From: Spirochaetia bacterium
GTDB lineage: Bacteria; Spirochaetota; Spirochaetia; DSM-2461
DNA: 64,000 nucleotides
Reading direction: 5' to 3'
Assembly (NCBI GenBank): GCA_963668315.1
Contig: OY764216.1
Location: forward strand, 256,001-320,000
Made by a program: the position numbers and the translations under genes. The notes below the pieces were generated by a model that was not told the DNA's origin, ran no database searches, and saw only the letters and a program-made list of their open reading frames with translations. Each line of letters opens with the position of its first letter. Position 1 is the stretch's first letter. Shown in pieces: positions 55,607 through 64,000 of this stretch.

Positions 55607-56458
55607 ATGACTACCGAGACCATCTACGAAATAAACCCGGAAAAATGCATACTCTGCGGGCTCTGCCGGAAGGACTGTCCCTCGCGCTGTATAGAAGAGC
55701 AGGACGGCGGGCTGGCGATTAATCAGGATTCGTGCATCCAGTGCGGCCACTGCGGGGCCATCTGTCCAGAAGGGGCGGTCACCTGCGACGGGGAGGAGCT
55801 TGTTCCCGTGGGCGAGATTCCCTCTTCCGCCGATGAGGTGTTTGCCCTTGTTGCGGGAAAGCGCTCCGTGCGTAACTACAAAGACAAAGAGATACCCCGG
55901 GAAGTTCTGGACAGGATCGTGGAAAGCGGTTCCTTGACGGGCACCGCCTCCAACGGCCGGGATGTCCAGGTGAAGGTTCTTACCGGGGAGGATGCCGTCC
56001 TTCTGCGGAGAGGCCTCTGTTTCAAACTGCTGGGGCTGATTAAGATCCTCGATAACCCGGCAGGACGGCAGATCGCCCGCTGGGCCGGTATGTCGAAGTA
56101 CGCCCGTAAGGATGTTCTCAAGTCTTTCAGGAGGCGTCTGACCGACGGCGCAGAAGGGAACGGGGATCCCCTGTTCTTCCATGCCCCCGCCGTGGTGGTT
56201 CTGTCCTACCCGAGGCATAATAAGCGCTTCGGCCGTACCAATGCGGTCATGGCCGGACAGAGCATGATGCTTTACGCCCACTCTCTGGGCATAGAATCCT
56301 GCGTCATTGGTTTCGCCGAAGTGGCGGCGGCCGGAAAAAAGGGTAAAGAAATCCTGGGCATAGGCAAAGACCGGGAAGCGGGGATGATCTTTACCCTGGG
56401 CTACGGCGTCCCCAGGTATTACAGGCTGCCAAAGAGACGGAGTATCGAGGTTTCCTGA
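55607..56458 (+). CDS. Nitroreductase-family protein with N-terminal 2x[4Fe-4S] ferredoxin domain
   Basis: CILCGLCRKDCP and CIQCGHCGAICP; KRSVRNY, LFFHAP, SLGIESC. Confidence 0.9.
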   Translation: MTTETIYEINPEKCILCGLCRKDCPSRCIEEQDGGLAINQDSCIQCGHCGAICPEGAVTCDGEELVPVGEIPSSADEVFALVAGKRSVRNYKDKEIPREVLDRIVESGSLTGTASNGRDVQVKVLTGEDAVLLRRGLCFKLLGLIKILDNPAGRQIARWAGMSKYARKDVLKSFRRRLTDGAEGNGDPLFFHAPAVVVLSYPRHNKRFGRTNAVMAGQSMMLYAHSLGIESCVIGFAEVAAAGKKGKEILGIGKDREAGMIFTLGYGVPRYYRLPKRRSIEVS

Positions 56459-56818
56459 TCAATCAAAAAAATGCAAAAGTGGATCATCTTCTTCCCCCTC
56501 ATCCGGCAGGGGTTGAGAAGTGATCATGATGACATCGCCCTCTATTTTCAGTCCGTATTTTTTTAATCTGGAAGCATTCTGATTCAGGCATTCTCCCGTT
56601 ACCAGATTGAATTTCCATCCATGACGGGGGCAGGTCGCTATATCACCGGAAATATGGCCTCTGGTAATATCCGCCCCCTGATGCTTACAGCCGACTTCAA
56701 TCGCGTAAAACTCTGAATTCGGCCCTTTGATAATCCCGACTTTTCTGCCTAATATGGTAACGCTTTTAATTCTATTATTCGTAAAATCATTAACATTCGC
56801 TGCTTTTATATAATCCAA
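56459..56818 (-). CDS. Rieske [2Fe-2S] ferredoxin (NirD-like)
   Basis: CKH and CPRHGW motifs; TTG start; about 42% GC by hand count. Confidence 0.88.
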   Translation of the reverse strand: MDYIKAANVNDFTNNRIKSVTILGRKVGIIKGPNSEFYAIEVGCKHQGADITRGHISGDIATCPRHGWKFNLVTGECLNQNASRLKKYGLKIEGDVIMITSQPLPDEGEEDDPLLHFFD

Positions 56819-56989
56819 TTTTCCTATCCTGCTTTGTATTTTACTACGTTCAGTAAGCCGAATGACCGGCCATTTTACCTAAAGTTTAGTTTATATGAAG
56901 TGTAAAACAGTTTTTGCCCGAATTCTATGCGACTTTGCTTTTTTATCGGATTTATGCGGCCGGGCGCGCCTGAAGGTCTAGCCGATTAG

Positions 56990-57080
56990 ACGAAATTCAC
57001 CTAATCAGTCAAGCCCACTAAGGGCCCTCTCTCTGCTCTCGTCACCCCATAAGCGTCTCTTCCCATTAGGCGAATTTCGT
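56990..57080. repeat. 91-bp segment bounded by 16-bp inverted repeats (MITE-like or paired operators)
   Basis: ACGAAATTCACCTAAT ... ATTAGGCGAATTTCGT (15/16 match). Confidence 0.45.
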
Positions 57081-57115
57081 ATTAACTCCCGGGAATTAAC
57101 TCCGCCGCAAAACCC

Positions 57116-58246
57116 TCACCCTTCCGCCCTCCGGCGAAACCGCAGAATGGCGGCCGTGATAAAAAGAATTCCCATTCCCCCCATGGCCGCCGCTTCCGGC
57201 AGAAGATAGCGGAAGGGGGTCCCTTTCAGAAAGATCTCCCGAAGGACTGCCATGAAATAACGAAGGGGATTCAGATAGGTCATAAGCTGTATGATCCGGG
57301 GCATATTGTTAATGGGGACAAAGAATCCGGACAGGAGCAGCGCAAAAATAAGGGAGAACCAGGCGACAAACATGGCCTGCTGCTGGGTAGCCGCCACGGT
57401 AGAGATAAAGATGCCCAGTCCCAGGGTTGAGAGAAGAAAGAGAAAGGCCAGGAGGTACAGCAGAATGAGGCTTCCGGCCACGGGTATGCCGAAGATGAGG
57501 CGGGCGGCCAGTATTCCCACGGAGAACTGGACCAGCCCCAGAATCGTGAAAGGGATCAGCTTGCCGATGATCAGCTGAAACCCGCTCAGAGGAGTGACCA
57601 TGAGCTGCTCCAGGGTTCCCGCCTCCTTCTCCCTGACGATATTGACCGCCGTAAGCATGGAGGTCATCATGAAAAGGAGGAGGCCGATCAGCCCGGGAAC
57701 GAAATTCAGCTTGCTGTCCAGTCCGGGATTGTAGTAGAAGCGGGGAATCACTTCCGGACGGCCCGGCCCGTTCACCCCCGCGGCGGAGGCAGCCAGCCTC
57801 TCACGGAGCCAGGTTTTCTGCAGTTTCCCACTCAGCGCGGTGATATATCCCAGGCTGACTCCGGCGGAGTTCCCGTCCACTCCGTCGATAAGCACCTGTA
57901 CGGACGGAGTCAGCCCCTTTTCCCAATCCTTTTCAAATCCCCGGGGAATGATAAGAACGGCCTTTGTCACTCCCCCGTCCAGGGAGGCTGTCGCCTGAAC
58001 GTCGGAGTCAAGTTCCCCCAGGTACTCAAAAAGCGGTACGGCCCGGATTTTCCGGAGAATCTCCCGGCTGGAAAAACTACGGTCCCGGTCCACGACGGCC
58101 AGGGGGATATTTTTCACCTCATTGGTTATGGCCGACCCCATGATGAGAAGCTGGATGAAGGGTGCGACGAAGATAAGCCCCAGATAGGCCTTTGTCCGGC
58201 GGATCTGGCGGAACTCTTTTTTTACCAGCGCGGCGACTCGTGCCAT
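57116..58246 (-). CDS. ABC-2 exporter permease (YbhR-like)
   Basis: KEFRQ, YYNPGLDS, IVREKEAGTLEQLMVTPL, LLSGFFVP. Confidence 0.92.
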   Translation of the reverse strand: MARVAALVKKEFRQIRRTKAYLGLIFVAPFIQLLIMGSAITNEVKNIPLAVVDRDRSFSSREILRKIRAVPLFEYLGELDSDVQATASLDGGVTKAVLIIPRGFEKDWEKGLTPSVQVLIDGVDGNSAGVSLGYITALSGKLQKTWLRERLAASAAGVNGPGRPEVIPRFYYNPGLDSKLNFVPGLIGLLLFMMTSMLTAVNIVREKEAGTLEQLMVTPLSGFQLIIGKLIPFTILGLVQFSVGILAARLIFGIPVAGSLILLYLLAFLFLLSTLGLGIFISTVAATQQQAMFVAWFSLIFALLLSGFFVPINNMPRIIQLMTYLNPLRYFMAVLREIFLKGTPFRYLLPEAAAMGGMGILFITAAILRFRRRAEG

Positions 58247-58257
58247 GATGCCCTCCC

Positions 58258-59349
58258 TTAATCCAGCCGGATTTTAAACGAGCGGATGCTCAGAAGAATC
58301 AGGATTCCATCCAGCCCCAGCAGAATTCCCGCCGGACGGTAAAGCTGGGCCAGACTGTTGCCTTTCAGGATGATCCCGCGGATGATCTCAAGAAAATAGG
58401 TGGCCGGAATGATTTTGCTGACGAGCTGGAATACCCGGGGCATACTGGAGAGGGGAAAGATAAATCCGCTCAGAAGCATGGAGGGCAGAACGGTCAGGGA
58501 AACGGTGGCCAGCATGGCGACGGACTGACTGGGGGCGATCGTGGAGATGAGCATGCCCAGGCTCAGCCCGGTCACCACATAAATCAGCATCATGGCCATA
58601 ACAAGGAGAAGGGAGCCCTTAACGGCCACGCCGAAGATGAGCTGCCCGGCCCCCAGAATGATCAGACCGTCCAGAAACCCCAGCATCGTATAGGGCAGAA
58701 CCTTTCCCAGTATTATCTGCCGCGGCTTTACCGGACTGACCAGAAGCTGTTCCATAGTACCCGTTTCCTTCTCCCGCACGATGGCGATGCTTGTCAGGAG
58801 GGCGCAGATGAGGATGAGGATCAGGGCGATCAGACCGGGAACAAAAAACGGGGCGGACCGCATTTCTGAGTTGTAGAGGATGCGCGGTTCCAGAGTAAAA
58901 AGCCCGCTCCCTTCTCCCGATGCCAGAGTGACGGCGGCGGTGAGGTAGGTATACATGAAATTGGCGCTGTTCGGATCGCCCGCATCGATCGCCAGAAACA
59001 GGGGAGCCGCCTCTCCCCCCGCCAGCCGGGTGGAGTAATCGGCGGGGATTTCCAGATAGCACTGGGCCCCGCGGCTCTGGAACAGTCCATTGATATCGGC
59101 AACCCCGTTTTCGGTACTGGATACCCGGAAGAATTCAGAAGCATCGAGACGGCGTATCAGCTCCCGGCTCTGGGGAGATTTTGACCGGTCGGCCACGGTC
59201 AGGCGGATATCCTTCATATCCATATTGATGGCGTAGCCGTAGAGGAGAAGCATAATAAGGGGCATGGAGAAAACCATAAACAGGCTCTGTTTATCCCGGA
59301 AGATGTGTATCATCTCCTTACGGAAGACAGCGAACAGGGATCGTTTCAT
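58258..59349 (-). CDS. ABC-2 exporter permease (YbhS-like)
   Basis: KEMIHIFRD, LYGYAIN, IVREKETGTMEQLLVSP. Confidence 0.92.
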   Translation of the reverse strand: MKRSLFAVFRKEMIHIFRDKQSLFMVFSMPLIMLLLYGYAINMDMKDIRLTVADRSKSPQSRELIRRLDASEFFRVSSTENGVADINGLFQSRGAQCYLEIPADYSTRLAGGEAAPLFLAIDAGDPNSANFMYTYLTAAVTLASGEGSGLFTLEPRILYNSEMRSAPFFVPGLIALILILICALLTSIAIVREKETGTMEQLLVSPVKPRQIILGKVLPYTMLGFLDGLIILGAGQLIFGVAVKGSLLLVMAMMLIYVVTGLSLGMLISTIAPSQSVAMLATVSLTVLPSMLLSGFIFPLSSMPRVFQLVSKIIPATYFLEIIRGIILKGNSLAQLYRPAGILLGLDGILILLSIRSFKIRLD

Positions 59350-60086
59350 TTCTCCTCCCTCAGAGCGGCCAGAAACACTTCCTGCATGGTATCGGCGCCG
59401 TATGCCTCTTTCAGCCTGTGGGGATTATCCATCTCCAGTATCCGTCCCTGCCTCATGATGGATAAGCGGTGGCAGTACTCTGCTTCGTCCATGAAGTGGG
59501 TCGTCACGAAGACGGATTTTCCCTGATCGGACAGGCGGTAGATGAGCTTCCAGAAATTGCGGCGGGTCAGGGGATCGACGCCGCTGGTCGGTTCATCCAG
59601 AAAGACGATGGGGGGGTCGTGGATCAGGCTGGCGCAGAGGGAGAGCCTTTGCTTCCAGCCCAGGGGTATGTCGGAGGTCAGCTTGCCGGCCAGATCCTCC
59701 AGCCCGATAAGGGCGAAGAGCTCTTCGCTCCGCCTGCCTATCCTCTCCCGACTCATTCCGTAAATTCCCCCGTAAAACTCGATGTTTTCCCTTACCGTGA
59801 GATCATTGTACAGACTGAATTTCTGGCTCATATAGCCGATATGATGCTTAATTTTTCCGTATTGTTTCATGATATCGAAACCGGCGACCGAACCGTCTCC
59901 GGCCGTGGGGGCCAGCAGACCGCAGAGCATGCGGATCGTAGTGGTCTTTCCCGCTCCGTTCGCCCCGAGAAACCCGAAGATCTCTCCCCGGGCCACGGTA
60001 AAGTCGACCCGGTCAACGGCGGTGAAATCTCCGAATTGCCTGGTAAGTCCCCGGACCTGTACAGCCGCCTCCCCCGAATCACTCAT
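59346..60086 (-). CDS. ABC exporter ATP-binding protein (YbhF C-half-like)
   Basis: GANGAGKTT, GYMSQKFSLY, IPLGWKQRL, LDEPTSGVDP. Confidence 0.92.
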   Translation of the reverse strand: MSDSGEAAVQVRGLTRQFGDFTAVDRVDFTVARGEIFGFLGANGAGKTTTIRMLCGLLAPTAGDGSVAGFDIMKQYGKIKHHIGYMSQKFSLYNDLTVRENIEFYGGIYGMSRERIGRRSEELFALIGLEDLAGKLTSDIPLGWKQRLSLCASLIHDPPIVFLDEPTSGVDPLTRRNFWKLIYRLSDQGKSVFVTTHFMDEAEYCHRLSIMRQGRILEMDNPHRLKEAYGADTMQEVFLAALREEK

Positions 60087-61020
60087 CTCCCGTCTCCTTC
60101 ATCAGCTTAAGAAAAAGATCTTCCATCCCCGCCTCAATGGCATCAAAGGAGTCCCAGGAGAGGCCGGCCTTTTCCAGAACCTCTTTCCCGTCCGCCGTCG
60201 TGCGGCCCGGAATAAAAGTCACGTGGACCCCCTCCCCGAAAAGGTGACACTCATCGCAGATTCCCGAAGCCTCCAGTGAATCCTGTACCAGATGGGGCCG
60301 GGATGTGCCGATGCGGTACAGGGTCTGGGGGTAGCTTTTTTTCAGCCGCTCCGGTTCGTCCGAAGCCAGCAGACGCCCTTTGAACATCAGCCCCACCCGG
60401 TCGCAAAGGCCGGCTTCATCCATATAGGCCGTGCTGACCAGTATGGTGGTGCCCTCCTCCCTCAGTCGGGCGAGGATCTGCCAGAAATCGTTCCGCGAGA
60501 GGGGATCCACCCCGAAGGTAGGCTCGTCCAGGATGATAATGTCGGGAGAGTGGATAAGCATGCAGGACAGGGCCAGCTTCTGCTTCATCCCCCCCGAGAG
60601 GGCTCCCGCTTTACGGCGGACGAAGGGTTTGAGCCCGGAAAAGAGGAAAAGCTCTTCCATCCTCCGTAATGCATCCTTCCTTCCCACGTCAAAGAGATCG
60701 GCAAAGAAGAGAAGATTCTCCTTCACCGTCAGATCCTGATAAAGGCTGAAGTGCTGGGGCATGTAGCCGATGCGGCTGCGGACATATTCGGGATAGGCCC
60801 CCACGGAACGGCCCCGGAAAAAGAGCTCCCCCGTTTCAACGGGGAGAAGCCCGACAAAGGAGCGGAGCAATGAGGTTTTCCCCCCTCCGTCAGGTCCGAT
60901 CAGGCCGAATATTTCTCCCCTGCCGACGCAAAAGGAAATATTCCTAACGGCCCTGACCTGCCCGTAGTGTTTAGAGAACTGCCGGGCTTCCAGTACGGTT
61001 TCACCTTCAGAAGCGTACAT
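60079..61020 (-). CDS. ABC exporter ATP-binding protein (YbhF N-half-like)
   Basis: GPDGGGKT, GYMPQ, LSGGMKQKL, STAYMDEA. Confidence 0.92.
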   Translation of the reverse strand: MYASEGETVLEARQFSKHYGQVRAVRNISFCVGRGEIFGLIGPDGGGKTSLLRSFVGLLPVETGELFFRGRSVGAYPEYVRSRIGYMPQHFSLYQDLTVKENLLFFADLFDVGRKDALRRMEELFLFSGLKPFVRRKAGALSGGMKQKLALSCMLIHSPDIIILDEPTFGVDPLSRNDFWQILARLREEGTTILVSTAYMDEAGLCDRVGLMFKGRLLASDEPERLKKSYPQTLYRIGTSRPHLVQDSLEASGICDECHLFGEGVHVTFIPGRTTADGKEVLEKAGLSWDSFDAIEAGMEDLFLKLMKETGDE

Positions 61021-61882
61021 CCGCCGGCATCCCTATTTTCAGTTCCCCCGAGGGATTCTCCACCCGGATTTTTACTTCATATACAAGAGTATCCCTGGTT
61101 TCACCGGTAAGTATGGTCTTGGGGGTGAACTCGCCCTCCGAAGCGATCCAGCCGACCGTCCCCTCCAGCGGAGCATCTCTGCCCGTGAGAAAGACCGATA
61201 CGGACTGTCCTATTTTCGCCCGGGGCAGATCGGCCAGAGGCAGATAGATATACAGATCCAATACGGACAGGTCGGCGATTTCCAGAAGGGGCGTCCCCAC
61301 GCTGACCAGTTCTCCCCGGCGGTGATATTTATTCAGGATAATTCCGTCCGAAGGAGACAGGACAGAGGTGTTCTCTATGGATAAGTCGATCAGCTCCAGT
61401 CCGGCCCGGATCTCCTCCTCCTGTATCTGGAGCAGTTCCCACTGACTGTTGAGTATTTTCAGGTTCGCCTCTCCTACATCCACCTGGGCGGACTGCTCGT
61501 CACGGGTCTGTTCCGTGGCCCCTCCGCTCTTCAGAAGGTTTTCGGTTTTTCTCAGAAGATCACGGTTCAGATTCAGCTGGGTCTCGGCCTGCTCTATCCT
61601 GTATCGGGCCGTCTGCCGCTGGTTTTCCAGCTCATTCAGGCGGAGGGCCTGCTGTTTTCTCTGAATAAGAAGATTCTCCCTGTCTATGCGTCCCAGCACC
61701 TGCCCTTCCCTCACGGAATCGCCTTCGCTTATGTCAAACGCCACCAGCTCCCCGGCGGCCCGGGCGGAAATAACCGTTTTTTCTCCATCCAGCCTTCCCA
61801 TGTATACCGGATCATTCCCGTCTGAGCCGCAGGAGACCAGTGCCAATCCTGCCAGCAGGACACCCCATCGGATGTTTCTCAT
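61007..61882 (-). CDS. HlyD-family periplasmic adaptor (YbhG-like), probable lipoprotein
   Basis: Lipobox LVSC; EGDSV, coiled coil, EFTPK, LKIGMPADV. Confidence 0.9.
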   Translation of the reverse strand: MRNIRWGVLLAGLALVSCGSDGNDPVYMGRLDGEKTVISARAAGELVAFDISEGDSVREGQVLGRIDRENLLIQRKQQALRLNELENQRQTARYRIEQAETQLNLNRDLLRKTENLLKSGGATEQTRDEQSAQVDVGEANLKILNSQWELLQIQEEEIRAGLELIDLSIENTSVLSPSDGIILNKYHRRGELVSVGTPLLEIADLSVLDLYIYLPLADLPRAKIGQSVSVFLTGRDAPLEGTVGWIASEGEFTPKTILTGETRDTLVYEVKIRVENPSGELKIGMPADVRF

Positions 61883-62545
61883 CTATTCGCTCCTTTTCCC
61901 GCCGATACCGTAATAGAACTGATTAAAAACGGCCTCTTTTCTCTGTTCCAGGAAGGCCTGCCTGTCAAACTGATCAAGGAATCCTTCTCTCTTCCCTATC
62001 TCCCGGATAATCGGTTCGGCCATGGCGAAATAGAGACAGGCTCCCAGCAGACTCAGGATGAACTGGATGGGATCAACGGGACGGATTTCCCCCTTCTCTA
62101 TCGCCCGGGCGATATGGATTCTCATCACTGTCGTGACGGGAATCTCCTGCAGGGAGAGGATATCATGAAGGATGGAGCAGACGACCTCCCCCCCCCGGGA
62201 CAGCTCCTGCATCAGAAAAAGGGGAATCCGGGGATTGAGCCCCGTGGCATCCACGACGGAATTGATGAAGGACCTCAGAAAATCCTCGAAATTCTCCTTG
62301 CCCTCAGTCTGCCCCAGAACGGTAGTAAAGAAATACTCCATTACCCGCCATACCGTCTCACGGTAGAGTTTTTCCTTGGAGCGGAAATAGTAGTGTACCA
62401 GAGATTTCTTCAATCCGGCCCGGTCCGCAATGGACTGCATACGGGCTCCGTTCCATCCTTCGGCGATAAATTCATCCATCGCCGCTTCAAGAATCTTCGT
62501 TTCCTTCTCGCCCAGGCGGGAATCTTTCCAATCGAATAACGCCAT
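61883..62545 (-). CDS. TetR/AcrR-family regulator
   Basis: Start MALFDWK (SD AGGAG); ILEAA...GARMQSIADRAGLKKSLVHYYFRSKEKLY. Confidence 0.92.
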   Translation of the reverse strand: MALFDWKDSRLGEKETKILEAAMDEFIAEGWNGARMQSIADRAGLKKSLVHYYFRSKEKLYRETVWRVMEYFFTTVLGQTEGKENFEDFLRSFINSVVDATGLNPRIPLFLMQELSRGGEVVCSILHDILSLQEIPVTTVMRIHIARAIEKGEIRPVDPIQFILSLLGACLYFAMAEPIIREIGKREGFLDQFDRQAFLEQRKEAVFNQFYYGIGGKRSE

Positions 62546-62555
62546 GAAACTCTCC

Positions 62556-62612
62556 TGACCATTTAGTCTGACCATCTGGTCAAACTTTAATAAAAAAAAA
62601 GCCCCCTGTCAA
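62556..62612 (-). promoter_or_regulatory. Promoter and tandem TetR-type operators of the efflux operon
   Basis: TTGACA-17-TAAAGT, then palindrome TGACCAtcTGGTCA (62569-62582) and a degenerate copy TGACCAttTAGTCT (62556-62569). Confidence 0.75.
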
Positions 62613-62642
62613 GAGAAGAGGCGAATTTGACCCGAATGTGTT

Positions 62643-63728
62643 CTACCGATCGGGAGAAAAGGGCAGGATAACGGTAAAAACAGCGCCCTTTCCCGGTCCC
62701 TCCGATTCCGCACAGATCTCTCCTCCGTGGGCGGAGACGATTTTACCGGCAATGGATAGTCCCAGGCCGGAACCGGTCTCCCGGTCAGAGCGGCTGCGCG
62801 CTTTATCCGCCTTATGGAACCGGTCGAATATGAAGGGAAGCTCTTCCCGGGGCACGCCGGCCCCCTCATTGCTCAGGGTGACGGTCAGGAAACGATCCCC
62901 GGGGCGGAGGGAAAAGCTTATCTCCCCGCCGGGGGGAGTAAATTTCACCGCATTATGAAAAAGATTATTCCAGACGCGCACCAGAAGATCCCGGTCGGCC
63001 CGGATTGTCTCTTCGGAAAGATCAACAAGGACATTCTGATTTTTCTCTCTCCACTGGGGTTCATAATGAAGCACCACTTCCCTGATCTGTCTGTCCAGCC
63101 TGTAGTCCCTCAGACTCAGCATCAGATCGGGAGATTCCAGCCTTGTCATAGAGAGCAGATCCTCGCTCAACCGTGAGAGGCGGAGACTCTCGTCCTCTAT
63201 GATTTCCAGATAGTCCCTCCGTTTATCCGGCTCCAGCTCTTCCTCCTTGAGTATCCGCGCAAACCCCCGTATGGATGTGAGAGGAGACTGGATTTCATGG
63301 GACATGTCGGAAATAAAGTTCTGCCGCATCTCCTCGGCCTGCCTGAGGGAATCGGTCATCTCATTCAGACCGCCCACCAGCCGGTCGAAGTGGCCGTGGC
63401 CGTCATGAATATTAAGATCGATGTCATAATCACCCCGGGCTATCTTGCCGAAGGCTTCGGCAAGCTGAACGAAAGGATCGTCGCGGCGGGGCCGGTGGAA
63501 ATGAAGGAGGATTTTTCCTTCCCCGAGAATCACAACGACGGACAGAAGAAAAAGGAACGTGAACCCGAGAAGTTCCGGTGCGGTCCAGCCGATTCTCCTG
63601 TATAGAACGTGCAGCATCAGAGAGGCCAGTACCCCATGTCCCCATAAATACAGCAGCCCCAATACAGTTCTGCCGAGAATGGCCCACATATCTCCGGAGC
63701 GGAGGCGGGACGGCGTTTTCCTCTTCAC
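62643..63728 (-). CDS. HAMP-domain sensor histidine kinase
   Basis: 2 TMs, HAMP, FISDMSHEIQSPLTSIRGF, NLFHNAVKF, FDRFHK, GSGLGL. Confidence 0.92.
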   Translation of the reverse strand: MKRKTPSRLRSGDMWAILGRTVLGLLYLWGHGVLASLMLHVLYRRIGWTAPELLGFTFLFLLSVVVILGEGKILLHFHRPRRDDPFVQLAEAFGKIARGDYDIDLNIHDGHGHFDRLVGGLNEMTDSLRQAEEMRQNFISDMSHEIQSPLTSIRGFARILKEEELEPDKRRDYLEIIEDESLRLSRLSEDLLSMTRLESPDLMLSLRDYRLDRQIREVVLHYEPQWREKNQNVLVDLSEETIRADRDLLVRVWNNLFHNAVKFTPPGGEISFSLRPGDRFLTVTLSNEGAGVPREELPFIFDRFHKADKARSRSDRETGSGLGLSIAGKIVSAHGGEICAESEGPGKGAVFTVILPFSPDR

Positions 63729-64000
63729 GGTTTCACCGCCAGCCTATAGCCCAGCCCCCTCACCGTCTGGAGAGTGAAAGGATACCTGTCAGGGGGAAAG
63801 CGGTCCCGTAATCTGTTAATATGAACGTCCACGGTTCTTTCCGTCCCGTCGAAATCGTAACCCCAGATATCCTCAAGGATCTGTTCCCGGGTGAATGTCC
63901 TCCCCGGTGATCCGGCCAGTTTGAAAAGCAGCTCAAATTCCTTTCGGGGAATATCTCTGGCAACGCCGGCCTCTATGACTTCGTAGCGGCCCCCCTCAAG
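63725..64000 (-). CDS. OmpR-family response regulator, C-terminal part (5'-truncated by window)
   Basis: Not in the ORF track; hand translation gives KEFELLFKLAGSPGRTFTREQILEDIWGYDFDGTERTVDVHINRLR...TVRGLGY; TGA overlaps the kinase GTG. Confidence 0.9.
   Translation of the reverse strand, partial: LEGGRYEVIEAGVARDIPRKEFELLFKLAGSPGRTFTREQILEDIWGYDFDGTERTVDVHINRLRDRFPPDRYPFTLQTVRGLGYRLAVKP

Noticed and set aside
56999..57071. Integron attC site
   Set aside because: The cores read TAAT/ATTA rather than AAC/GTT; no internal boxes, cassette array or integrase.
63760..63963. 67-aa ORF in the track
   Set aside because: Wrong frame; the response regulator is in the frame spanning 63725-64000.
1..64000. 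CRISPR arrays, rRNA/tRNA genes, prophage, transposases, defence systems, Sec/Pyl readthrough
   Set aside because: None seen by eye; short or degenerate elements could have been missed without tools.

Overview
A gene-dense, GC-rich chromosomal segment, very probably from a free-living spirochaete. The evidence is a SpiroCoCo coiled-coil gene, the recJ-M23 peptidase-rpsU order, an M16C peptidase and two membrane-rich chemoreceptors. About 60 CDS are supportable, mostly housekeeping, transport and signalling genes. I found no rRNA, intact tRNA, CRISPR array, prophage or transposase. The main points worth a second look: (i) a half-size GDT1/TMEM165 cation exporter fused to an intact rubrerythrin-type di-metal bundle, near an Nramp importer with a candidate DtxR/MntR operator; (ii) rpsU (bS21) appears to start at a non-canonical ATC behind an unusually long Shine-Dalgarno match, in a window where many genes show leaderless-type promoters, which suggests translational feedback; (iii) an epsilonproteobacterial-type nifS without nifU, flanked by an 8-Cys microprotein, a ferredoxin-nitroreductase and an AT-rich Rieske gene; (iv) an ABC importer-DUF1643-TIGR00300 operon; (v) several structured intergenic elements and operators. 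All family calls come from motif recognition by eye, not from database searches.
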